The notes under the pieces are model-generated. The model was not told where the DNA came from. It saw nothing but the letters and a program-made list of their open reading frames with translations, and searched no databases. From Patescibacteria group bacterium (GTDB taxonomy: Bacteria; Patescibacteriota; WWE3; UBA101185; UBA10185): a DNA stretch of 64,000 nucleotides. The first letter of the stretch is position 1. The number at the start of each line of letters is the position of its first letter. Below are positions 8,465 to 17,635 of the stretch, piece after piece. Location: positions 1,431 through 65,430 of the forward strand of contig BPJL01000002.1 of NCBI GenBank assembly GCA_026004595.1, written 5' to 3'. The translations under genes were made by a program, and so were the position numbers.

Positions 8465-11400
8465 ATGAAGCTTAAAAAAACGATAACAAGAATAGCAAAG
8501 CTCAAAATAAAAAAAGATACGCGTAAGAGAATTTATCTGAACATCGCAATACTGTCGATGTTACTAAACAGTTTTTATCCGTTCCTTGCTTCCTATCAGT
8601 ATGTGTATGCCGAAGACGAGAAAGCGGTTGTTGAGGAAACTTCTTCAAGTGAAGAAGACTCTGACAGCGCAGAGGAATCCAGCGCGCCGGAGGAGACGGC
8701 TTCAGAAGAAGCTGACACGACTGAAGAGCCAGCTCCAGCAACAGAAGAGACCGATCCCGTAGACACGACCGAGTCTACCGGTGAAGTGTTAGGAATCTCA
8801 ACAGAAGACCAGAATGCTACCGAAGGTACCGATAGTGCCGTGGGAACCGAAGGTATTGCCGAGACACAGCCCGTTGCTGATGAAGCTCAATTGCCGGATA
8901 TTTTGCCGGATGGGGTGAGTGATTCTAGACCGGTTGGGAGTGAGCCCGCGTCTGAAATTATTCCTGTTACTGATACTACCAATCAGGATTTAGATCAACT
9001 TTCAGTTTATAGGCTGTCACATGTCGCTGATGGATTAGGGTCATGTCCGATGACAGGAGCTATTTGGACGACGGATAGCAATTGTACGGTAACTAATCAA
9101 AATATTTACTTTAGCAAATCAGAAGTTTACTTAAATGGCGGACCAGCTGGGAACGGAGGAGGCCCCGGCCTTCCTGACGGGAATTACTATGTAAGGGTTA
9201 CAGATCCAAGTGGTAAAGCTATTCTTGGTGAAAGCAATGAGCCCTCGGTTACTGTATCCGGGGGGGTTTTCGGAGAGTGCTATAAGCTTCAGAATGTAGT
9301 AGGCTATGATAGTACTAGTGGGTTTAAAGATACAACTAATCCAGGTGGTGAGTATAAAGTGTGGGTTAGCCCGGACAAAAATTTTAAGGATTGTTCTAAA
9401 ACCGATAATTTCAAAGTTTTGGAAAAAGGGTTCTGTGGCGACGGCAACGTGAACGCCCAAAACGAACAGTGCGACGACGGAAATAGAGATAATAATGACT
9501 ACTGCAGCAATACATGTCAATTTAACTCCGTTTGTATTCCAGATGTAAATATGCTCGTTAATGGAGATTTTGAAACTCCGGAAGTAACTAGTCATTATAA
9601 ATGGGATATATTCAATATGTATTCGCCAATGTTAGGTTGGAATGTGGTATGGAACGGAGGAAGTGCTAGTTATAGCGGACAAACAAGGCCTGAACCTGCA
9701 TACCTTGAATTACACAGAGATGTAAACGGGTGGAGTTCAGCATCTGGTAGTCAGTACGCTGAACTAGACACCGATTGGGACGGTCCTGGGAATCCGTTGA
9801 ATAACGAGCCTGCAACGGTAGGAATCTCTCAGGAAATTCCTTTAATAGACGGATATAAGTACAAAGTCAAATTTTCATATTCTCCAAGACCGGGGACAGA
9901 TGCTTCGAACAATGTCATGGATTTCGCCTGGGATGGGACAACAGTCGATACCTATTCCGGCGCTGGTGGAGGCAACACCTCTTGGACACCGAAATCTTAT
10001 GAGTTCGTTGCGGGCAAGACCGCTATTACAAATGTAGCTTTTGTCGAAAAAGGCACAGCGGATTCACTTGGGATGTTCTTGGATAATGTTAGCGTTACCT
10101 GTTTGGGGCCTGAAATAATACCTAAATGTGGCGACGGGTTGTTGAACCAGACGACGGAGGAATGTGATGGAACTTCTGGTGTCACATTAGGCAAGAACTT
10201 CTGTACATACAATTGTAAACTGGTACCAATTTACGATGGCGCCCACACGTGTTCTGAGGGGAAATATCCGGTTGCTTATAGCGGGCCTTTCACAATATCT
10301 AGTACCGATGGTGATGGGATAACCATTCCTGTGGTAGGCGGGAAAGAATATCTGTTTAAAGTATCCGGCACTTTTGTTCCAACCGGAGCTTCTGGTTACA
10401 TCTCTGACGCGGGGTATACATTGATAAACGGAGTACTTGCAAATCAGTATGGGATAAAGGGAACACCCCCTGATTTAGGTACCCACGCTTTACTTGGAAA
10501 TTTTGGGGAGGGTGTGGGTATAGTTGATTGGGGTAACTACAACAGCGAGCATATTTATACCAAAGCCTATACATTTGATAATAATGATAATAATTACGAT
10601 ATTAACTTCTTGATAGGTGATAGATACGATAATTGGTTTAATACAGCTTGGAACAACCAGGATGGAATGAAGGATAATTCCGGGAATCTTTCCTTAACGG
10701 TTTACGAATGTGCCACCCCTGTTTGTGGAAACGGACAGCGCGAGTTTGGGGAAGAGTGCGACGGAACCGATGGAATCAAATCAGGAGAAAACTTCTGTAC
10801 ACCCACCTGCAAACTGATACCCCTTTATGATGGGGAACACATGTGTGCGCCAGGAACTACACCGGTAAAAGTTGGCGATACCTATGTCATAGATTCTAAA
10901 GATAGTGATGGGGTTACAGTACCTCTAATTGGTGGCCAGGAATATCTTTTCAAGGTTTCGGGAACATATAAATTCGGTGCCCCCAATGATAATCGAGTTG
11001 CTGATGCAGCTTATGGCTCAGAGAACTCTTGGACTTCGGTAAGAACCGATCTTGGCATTTGGGGGAGCTCGCTTCGTGGGGTACTTTCACTGCTAGGGAA
11101 TTTGGGAATGGGTATTGGTGTAATAGAGTGGGATAACGACTCAATATTTGATCAAGACCACGCGTATGAAAAGGTATTTACTCCAGCGAGTGATATGTCA
11201 GCCCAATTTTTAATTAGTGATTGGTATAGTAACTGGTACGAAAATACATGCAAGAACCAAAGCTGTATGAGCGACAACAAGGGCTCTCTGAGTTTAGAGG
11301 TGTATGAGTGTCAGCCCTCTTCGAATGTTACCGTCTGTAAGTACGATAGTAAAAATAAACCGCTTACGGGATGGAACGTTTCTCTTAAAGGTGATTTGGT

Positions 11401-13552
11401 GGGTACGTTGAATGTATTGCCTAATGGTTCTGACTATAACTCAGCCGGGTTGCCAGTTGGTGATTATGTCTTGGAGGCGAGCGGTTACTATACGTACAGA
11501 CCCGGAACTGCTGGTGCGGAGTATACAGATGCCAACTACTCAAAGAGACACCCTAGTGATCCTGTCTACGGGGGACCTTACATACCTTGGGTCAATGTAA
11601 ATTCTTTCCCGTCCCCACACACAGGTTGGTTAGGTGTGATGGTTAACGGGGCTCCTACAAACTGGAGTGATTATTATGCATCAGATCACAAATATTTGCT
11701 TGGATTTGAGAATTATAGTGGCCCCTTCTCCTTTAAGATATTGGACGATGTCTATACTGACAATAGCGGAAGTATAACAGTTAATATATATAAAGGTTAC
11801 GCTGGGGTTACCGGAGAAGATGGTTGTGTAACATTTAAGGATGTCCCATTAGGTGACTATAGACTAGATGAAACACTCAAAGATGGTTGGGTGAATTTGA
11901 ATGAAACGAGAGGGAAACGGGTCAGTGTTGATGGACAAGAAGATCGTTTTACCCTCGTAAATGAAGATTTAAGTGATGTGGGTTTAGATATTTCAAAGAC
12001 GAATCTTAACTGGCCTGATCAACTGCAGAGTGGAGATATAGTAACGTACCAGATAACTATAAGAGCAGTAGGAGGCCCGCTATTCGATGTATTTGTTGTT
12101 GACCTCCCGCCTACAGGATTTGTGCCCGGTAACTTTCAGACATCTGCAAGTATAGAAGGACTTCCAACTTATGCCTCGCCCGGTAAATGGCACATTGGTG
12201 ATATGGAAGAAGGAGATGAAATAGTTCTTACATACGATGCTGTGGTGGGTTCAGATGTTGATCCGGGTGTCTATCCTGATCTAGCGTGGGCTTATGGGAG
12301 TAACATAATTGGAGGTAAAATAATCGCAAATTCAAAAGAGAGTGGTTTTGCTGTTAATAATGGGATTGTAAACGAAACTTTTGTTGGTACGCAAGTCGAG
12401 GTGGTCAGGGAAAATGAGTCGCCAAAAGTTAAAACCGAAGTAGACGAAAAGACCGTTGAAGAAGGAGTACTTGGTGCTTCTACCGCAAGACTCCCTGCCA
12501 CCGGTCAAAATGTAGTAATACTAATTTCTGTCTTAGCGCTTATGCTTACAGGTACTCTAATAATGGCTCTGTCAAGGAAAAAGAAAATTCTGAAGATACT
12601 TCCGATACTTTTTCTTGCAGCAGCTCTATATGGTGGAATGGATAGCGTATTAGCAGCCAATCTTTCTGTACGAATTGAGGATCCAAAGTCTCCTGTTAAC
12701 AGCCCGTTCCAGGTAACATTTGTTGTACTCAATGCCGATCCTAACGAGGGCGATTTGCACTATCAGTGTTGGATAGATGGTCCCACAAGCGGCTGGGAAA
12801 AGTTGGGTAGTGAAGGTACCTTGCCTAACGAAGGAGGTACAGATGTCTGTGATGTTACAGAATCTGTGTTGACAAGCGACGGTTTATACAGCATTAAAGT
12901 TGTTGTTGAAGGGGTTGAGTCTGCTACGGTATCAACAACATACGACAACACCCCACCCAGCAAACCCAAATACATCGAAGTTGACAGAAAATCCGCCTGC
13001 AAATACGAAATAGAATTCAAAACAGCCAACGACGGCCAAACATCATACGTTGAAGTGTACATGTCAGATGATAAAGAATTCACAGCAGGCTCCGGAAGCA
13101 GGATAAGAACCATAACGATAGGCCCCGACCAAAAATACAAGTTTACCGAAGAAGTTGCTGGAGATAAATGCGCCCACAGACAATACTTTGCCGTTCGCGC
13201 CTTTGATTCCGCAGGCAACGGGTCAAAGGTTGAAGCCGAAGAAGTGACAGACATTGAATACAAGACAATATATAAAGAAGGGACCGAAGAAGTAACCCAA
13301 GAAGCCTACGCCGGAGGAGCGGCTTCATCTATTGGCGCAGGAGCGGGTGAAGAAGGCGCCGAAGTAGTTACGTCAGAAGAAGAAATGCCTAGCGAAGAAG
13401 GAAGCATTTTGGGTGAGCAGGCCCAAGCGGAAACCGGAGCCGAAAAAGGATTCTTTGGCAAACTCATCTCAAGCCCCTGGACATGGATAATACTAATCTT
13501 GGCGCTCGGAATAATAACGATAAATGGAATCAGAAAGAGCAAGAAAGAATAA
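8465..13552 (+). CDS. Giant multidomain cell-surface protein / putative adhesin and sortase substrate
   Basis: Signal peptide (VYA|E), acidic spacer, Myxococcus-type Cys-rich repeats (CGDG..EQCDDGN), DUF642-like (VNGDFETP), two ~200-aa repeats, Cna-B-like, DUF11-like, LPATG-TM-RKKK at aa 1343, second hydrophobic segment, Ig-like region, C-terminal TM. Confidence 0.85.
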   Translation: MKLKKTITRIAKLKIKKDTRKRIYLNIAILSMLLNSFYPFLASYQYVYAEDEKAVVEETSSSEEDSDSAEESSAPEETASEEADTTEEPAPATEETDPVDTTESTGEVLGISTEDQNATEGTDSAVGTEGIAETQPVADEAQLPDILPDGVSDSRPVGSEPASEIIPVTDTTNQDLDQLSVYRLSHVADGLGSCPMTGAIWTTDSNCTVTNQNIYFSKSEVYLNGGPAGNGGGPGLPDGNYYVRVTDPSGKAILGESNEPSVTVSGGVFGECYKLQNVVGYDSTSGFKDTTNPGGEYKVWVSPDKNFKDCSKTDNFKVLEKGFCGDGNVNAQNEQCDDGNRDNNDYCSNTCQFNSVCIPDVNMLVNGDFETPEVTSHYKWDIFNMYSPMLGWNVVWNGGSASYSGQTRPEPAYLELHRDVNGWSSASGSQYAELDTDWDGPGNPLNNEPATVGISQEIPLIDGYKYKVKFSYSPRPGTDASNNVMDFAWDGTTVDTYSGAGGGNTSWTPKSYEFVAGKTAITNVAFVEKGTADSLGMFLDNVSVTCLGPEIIPKCGDGLLNQTTEECDGTSGVTLGKNFCTYNCKLVPIYDGAHTCSEGKYPVAYSGPFTISSTDGDGITIPVVGGKEYLFKVSGTFVPTGASGYISDAGYTLINGVLANQYGIKGTPPDLGTHALLGNFGEGVGIVDWGNYNSEHIYTKAYTFDNNDNNYDINFLIGDRYDNWFNTAWNNQDGMKDNSGNLSLTVYECATPVCGNGQREFGEECDGTDGIKSGENFCTPTCKLIPLYDGEHMCAPGTTPVKVGDTYVIDSKDSDGVTVPLIGGQEYLFKVSGTYKFGAPNDNRVADAAYGSENSWTSVRTDLGIWGSSLRGVLSLLGNLGMGIGVIEWDNDSIFDQDHAYEKVFTPASDMSAQFLISDWYSNWYENTCKNQSCMSDNKGSLSLEVYECQPSSNVTVCKYDSKNKPLTGWNVSLKGDLVGTLNVLPNGSDYNSAGLPVGDYVLEASGYYTYRPGTAGAEYTDANYSKRHPSDPVYGGPYIPWVNVNSFPSPHTGWLGVMVNGAPTNWSDYYASDHKYLLGFENYSGPFSFKILDDVYTDNSGSITVNIYKGYAGVTGEDGCVTFKDVPLGDYRLDETLKDGWVNLNETRGKRVSVDGQEDRFTLVNEDLSDVGLDISKTNLNWPDQLQSGDIVTYQITIRAVGGPLFDVFVVDLPPTGFVPGNFQTSASIEGLPTYASPGKWHIGDMEEGDEIVLTYDAVVGSDVDPGVYPDLAWAYGSNIIGGKIIANSKESGFAVNNGIVNETFVGTQVEVVRENESPKVKTEVDEKTVEEGVLGASTARLPATGQNVVILISVLALMLTGTLIMALSRKKKILKILPILFLAAALYGGMDSVLAANLSVRIEDPKSPVNSPFQVTFVVLNADPNEGDLHYQCWIDGPTSGWEKLGSEGTLPNEGGTDVCDVTESVLTSDGLYSIKVVVEGVESATVSTTYDNTPPSKPKYIEVDRKSACKYEIEFKTANDGQTSYVEVYMSDDKEFTAGSGSRIRTITIGPDQKYKFTEEVAGDKCAHRQYFAVRAFDSAGNGSKVEAEEVTDIEYKTIYKEGTEEVTQEAYAGGAASSIGAGAGEEGAEVVTSEEEMPSEEGSILGEQAQAETGAEKGFFGKLISSPWTWIILILALGIITINGIRKSKKE
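10127..11311 (+). repeat. Two tandem ~200-aa modules inside the surface protein
   Basis: CGxG..EECDG..NFCT..CKLxPxYDGxHxC..GGxEYLFKVSGT..DNxGxLSLxVYEC at 10127-10712 and 10724-11311; diverged at DNA level. Confidence 0.85.
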
Positions 13553-14207
13553 CAAAAAGAAGAAAACCCAAGCCCAACGAGGCCCAGTCCTTTACAGACT
13601 GGGTCTTGCTTTTGTTGCCCTATCTTTCGCGGCCCTGGTGATAATTCTTTATCCCGCAATCTCAAACGAACTTAAATACCGCTTTAACCCGCCCAAAGCC
13701 GACGCCGAAGTTTTCATTACTCCTAATTCGCACACTGAAAAGCATTACATAGTTGCCGCCGACCCCTATTTAAGCATTGTGATACCCAAAATCGGAGCCA
13801 ACGCTAAGATAATAAAAGATGTTAATCCTCAAGACAGCAAATCTTACCAAAAAGCCCTTACTCAAGGGGTAGCCCACGCCCTAGGCACGGCTCTTCCCGG
13901 CCAAACAGGAAACGTTTTTCTTTTTGCCCACTCTTCCGACAACATAATAAACGCAAACAGATATAATTCGGTGTTTTACCTTTTGAATAAAATGGAAAAA
14001 GGCGATAAAGTTTATCTCATTTTCAACCGCAGAAAATTCACCTATACGGTTACCGATACGAGAATTGTATCTGCCGAAGACGTTTCATATATGCAACCCC
14101 AATCAGAAACGCCAAAAGTTACCTTGATGACATGCTGGCCCGCGGGTACGACTCTAAAACGCTTAATCGTAGTGGCAGAAATATTACCAGAACAACCTAA
14201 ACTCTAA
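13524..14207 (+). CDS. Sortase
   Basis: N-terminal TM, GNVFLFAHS (His), TLMTCWP (Cys), KRLIV (Arg); overlaps the substrate gene's end. Confidence 0.93.
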   Translation: MESERARKNNKKKKTQAQRGPVLYRLGLAFVALSFAALVIILYPAISNELKYRFNPPKADAEVFITPNSHTEKHYIVAADPYLSIVIPKIGANAKIIKDVNPQDSKSYQKALTQGVAHALGTALPGQTGNVFLFAHSSDNIINANRYNSVFYLLNKMEKGDKVYLIFNRRKFTYTVTDTRIVSAEDVSYMQPQSETPKVTLMTCWPAGTTLKRLIVVAEILPEQPKL

Positions 14208-14245
14208 AATCTAGACAAATAATGTACTCAATATATAATCTGTCT

Positions 14246-15535
14246 ATGCAATTAACAGATTTTGAATCTCCTCAAGCGCAATCAGGACAAGACCATGGTG
14301 AACCGACGGCTATAAGAGGGCGTCCTATAAGAATGCCTAAGACGGCGCAGACCCCGCAGATAAATGATTCGATCGGCAGTACATCTTCTGACGGTTTAAA
14401 TAATATGACTACATCTAAGAAAAAGAAAAAATTCGGCTTTTTCCTCTCCATATTTCTAGGTTTTATTATTGCAGCAGCCATAGGCGGAGTTTATTGGTAC
14501 ATAAAAAGTAATGAAGGCCCTCTAACCCCTGTCACCCCTGTTGGTAAAGGAGAAACAAAACCACAAGTGACACAAATAATGAACCCCCTGACTGGAAAAA
14601 TGTTTGCAGAAAATGCCGCAAACTGGGTTGATGATAGACCTTTTGGTGTAATGATGAATAACCATGTTGATGCCAGGCCGCAGTCAGGCCTGATCTACGC
14701 CGATATTGTGTATGAAGTGGTTGCAGAGGGCGGAATAACAAGATTTTTAACTTTCTACTACTCCAACACACCGGAAATAATAGGACCGGTGCGCAGCACT
14801 CGAGAATACTACCTTGTTTTGGTCAAAGAGCTAGGAGACGCGATGATAATGCATGACGGCTACTCGCCGCAGGCCTTATATGCCATAGACAACTGGCCTG
14901 TAAGAAGCCTTTTTAGGGGTGGAGCTACACTGCCTTCCGTTTGCGATGGGTGTGTTTGGAGAGATCAATCAAGAAATGTAGCTTACGAGCATACCGAATA
15001 CACAAACGGAGTAAAACTTAGAGAACTCGGAGATAGATTGGGTTGGCAAGGCAAAACCACAGTCAGGCCTTGGCTTTTCAAGGACGACCCAAACAAATAT
15101 GTCTCCGCACCCGAAGCTAAAGAAATCACCATAGATTACTGGTACCACGGAGATTACACAGGTCACTTTAAGTATGATCCGGTGTCAAACAAATATTTAA
15201 GATACACCGGAGTTGACGCCCAAGACCAACCAATTCCACACCTAGATCGGGAAACCCAAGAACAAGTTGCAGTTACCAACCTGATAGTTCAGTTTGCAGT
15301 AGAGTCAACCATTCCCGATGATGATAAAAGCCGCCTTAAGTACGAACTTCTAGGGAGCGGGAAGGCTATAGTGTTTGTGGATGGAAAAGTAATTGACGCT
15401 ACCTGGTCAAAAGCCGACAGAGATGATCGCACGATTTTCTACGATACTTCCGGTAAAGAGATAGAATTCAACAGAGGAAACTTTTGGATCGGCATTGTGC
15501 CTGACCGCAATGTTGATCAGGTAGTGTATAAGTAA
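14246..15535 (+). CDS. DUF3048 (YerB-like) membrane-anchored protein
   Basis: RPFGVMMNN, ARPQSGL, VYEVVAEGGITRF, IGPVRS. Confidence 0.88.
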   Translation: MQLTDFESPQAQSGQDHGEPTAIRGRPIRMPKTAQTPQINDSIGSTSSDGLNNMTTSKKKKKFGFFLSIFLGFIIAAAIGGVYWYIKSNEGPLTPVTPVGKGETKPQVTQIMNPLTGKMFAENAANWVDDRPFGVMMNNHVDARPQSGLIYADIVYEVVAEGGITRFLTFYYSNTPEIIGPVRSTREYYLVLVKELGDAMIMHDGYSPQALYAIDNWPVRSLFRGGATLPSVCDGCVWRDQSRNVAYEHTEYTNGVKLRELGDRLGWQGKTTVRPWLFKDDPNKYVSAPEAKEITIDYWYHGDYTGHFKYDPVSNKYLRYTGVDAQDQPIPHLDRETQEQVAVTNLIVQFAVESTIPDDDKSRLKYELLGSGKAIVFVDGKVIDATWSKADRDDRTIFYDTSGKEIEFNRGNFWIGIVPDRNVDQVVYK

Positions 15536-15637
15536 TGCTGCCCGGTTGGCCGGCCAAAGGCCTCTTTCTTTGCAGGAAGAGAGTAGTTTGTTAACGGGGC
15601 TGGAGACCCGGTTTTCTGCTCAGAAAAGGTCAAAAAT

Positions 15638-16234
15638 ATGTTAAAAAATATATTTGTGTCCGAAGTCAGGGTTAAAATCCTTAAGCTTCTTTTGCTTAAT
15701 CCCACTAAGTCGTTCCACGTTCGCGCCATTGTGCGGGCGGTAAAAGCTGAAATCAACGCTGTAAGAAGAGAGCTGGATAATCTTGTTTCCATAAATCTTC
15801 TTTCAAAAAGGCAGAGTTCAAACAAAATTTTCTATACCGTCAATGTCCTTCACCCGTATTTTCCTGATCTGGTTTCGCTTTTTGCCAAAGACGAAGGTGT
15901 GGGAGCCGAAATCATAAAGAGACAAAAAAAGCTCGGAAACATAAAATACGCTGTTTTATCACGCGCTTATCTTAGAGGCCGTCAATCCACGGCTTTAGAT
16001 GTTGATCTTTTTATAGTGGGGACGGTTGATGAATCGGAGCTTGATAAGTTGATTAAAGAAGCCGAGGCAACCACAGGACGCGAGATAAACTACACTGTAA
16101 TGGACGAAGAAGAATTTAATTACAGAAAAAGGACCTACGACCAATTTGTGATGAAAGTGCTTTCCCAAAGCCGCGCCATGCTGATAGGTGATGAAGAAGA
16201 ATTTTCATCAGTGATTGCCACCCTGCCGTCGTAA
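15638..16234 (+). CDS. wHTH regulator fused to a degenerate nucleotidyltransferase-like domain
   Basis: ArsR-like helices (RVKILKLLL, INAVRREL) then DVDLFIVG and GREINY. Confidence 0.7.
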   Translation: MLKNIFVSEVRVKILKLLLLNPTKSFHVRAIVRAVKAEINAVRRELDNLVSINLLSKRQSSNKIFYTVNVLHPYFPDLVSLFAKDEGVGAEIIKRQKKLGNIKYAVLSRAYLRGRQSTALDVDLFIVGTVDESELDKLIKEAEATTGREINYTVMDEEEFNYRKRTYDQFVMKVLSQSRAMLIGDEEEFSSVIATLPS

Positions 16235-16252
16235 CAGATATAATCTCAAGGT

Positions 16253-17635
16253 ATGTTTAAGGATATTCGCATCCGTTTGGCATTAATTGGAACGCTTACT
16301 CTACTTTCATTGTTGATTGTGTTGCCCAAAATCCCTGTAAAAATGGATAACGCCTTCGCTCGGTTTGAGACAACCGTTGGGGGATACAATATCAGTTTAT
16401 TTAATGGCAAGTTCAAAAAGGATCTTAGCTCATTTAGAAAAGGTTTGGATTTAAGCGGTGGAATAAGAATAGTTCTTGAAGCAGATGTTTCAAAAATTGA
16501 ATCGGGCGACAAAGACGCCGCCCTTGAATCAGCAAAAGAAGTTATTTCACGTAGGGTTAATCTTTTGGGAGTTACCGAACCTTATGTAGCCACAACCAAA
16601 AGCGGAGACCAATACCGAATACTAGTTGAAATTCCCGGTCTGGATAATGTTACCGAAGCCGTCAAACTGATCGGCCAGACAGCCCAGTTAATCTTTATGG
16701 AAGTAAAGCCTGGTGTTGAATGGAGCCAAGACAAGATGTATGACTTTTATACCAACCTTGGTATGTGGCAGGATACAGAGGTAACCGGAGCTGACCTGAA
16801 AGGAGCAGATGTAGTAGTCAATCAGCAAACAAACATACAAAATCAAGGACCTCAAATCCGCCTAAAATTTACAAACGAAGGACGGGAAAAATTTTCGGAG
16901 CTGGCTAAAAGAAATGTGGGAAAACCTATCGGCCTGTTCTTAGATGACAGCCCGTATCCTTTATCTATGCCGATCGTGAGCGAAGACTTGGCCGGAGGCC
17001 TTACTGACGACCCCGTGATCAGCGGAAATTTTGATTTTGAAAGCGCTAAAAATTTGAGCATCCAAATCAGGGCGGGAGCTCTGCCCGTGCCTGTTAGAGT
17101 TTTGGAGCAGGAAACAATCGGCGCGACCTTGGGAACTGAATCGGTCCAAAAAAGTTTCTTTGCGGCGGGAGTCGGTCTTTTACTTGTCGTTGCATTCTTA
17201 ATTTTCAAATACGGAAAACTTGGTTTGTTTGCTGGAGGGGCTTTGTTTATTTATTCACTTCTTACGCTCGCCATATTTAAGATAGTTCCCGTCGTTTTAA
17301 CCCTCCCCGGTATTGCAGGTTTTATACTATCAATAGGAATGGCCACAGACGCCAACATACTTGTATTTGAAAGAGTAAAAGAAGAATTATTTTGGGGAAA
17401 GCCGAGCGATCTTGCTATTCATTTAGGTTTTGATAGAGCTTGGAATTCTATCAAAGACTCAAACATTTCTTCTCTCATCACTTCCTTTATTTTGTTCCAA
17501 TTTGGATCGGGCCCTGTAAAGGGGTTTGCCCTTACTCTGGCGATAGGAATTGCAGTGTCTCTGTTTACCTCAATATTTGTGGTGCGCACATTTATAGAAT
17601 GGTCACATGTGGGGAGGATAAAGAAAAATGGATAA
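16253..17635 (+). CDS. secD: Protein translocase subunit SecD
   Basis: GLDLSGG, RRVNLLGVTEP, AGALP, TDANILVFERVKEE. Confidence 0.96.
   Translation: MFKDIRIRLALIGTLTLLSLLIVLPKIPVKMDNAFARFETTVGGYNISLFNGKFKKDLSSFRKGLDLSGGIRIVLEADVSKIESGDKDAALESAKEVISRRVNLLGVTEPYVATTKSGDQYRILVEIPGLDNVTEAVKLIGQTAQLIFMEVKPGVEWSQDKMYDFYTNLGMWQDTEVTGADLKGADVVVNQQTNIQNQGPQIRLKFTNEGREKFSELAKRNVGKPIGLFLDDSPYPLSMPIVSEDLAGGLTDDPVISGNFDFESAKNLSIQIRAGALPVPVRVLEQETIGATLGTESVQKSFFAAGVGLLLVVAFLIFKYGKLGLFAGGALFIYSLLTLAIFKIVPVVLTLPGIAGFILSIGMATDANILVFERVKEELFWGKPSDLAIHLGFDRAWNSIKDSNISSLITSFILFQFGSGPVKGFALTLAIGIAVSLFTSIFVVRTFIEWSHVGRIKKNG

Noticed and set aside
12935-13330. Diversity-generating retroelement template suggested by AAC-rich codons
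   Set aside because: No reverse transcriptase and no near-identical repeat differing at adenines seen
15540-15620. SRP RNA or SAM/purine riboswitch
   Set aside because: Lacks the SRP CAGG..GGAA..AGCAGC core and the known aptamer consensus nucleotides
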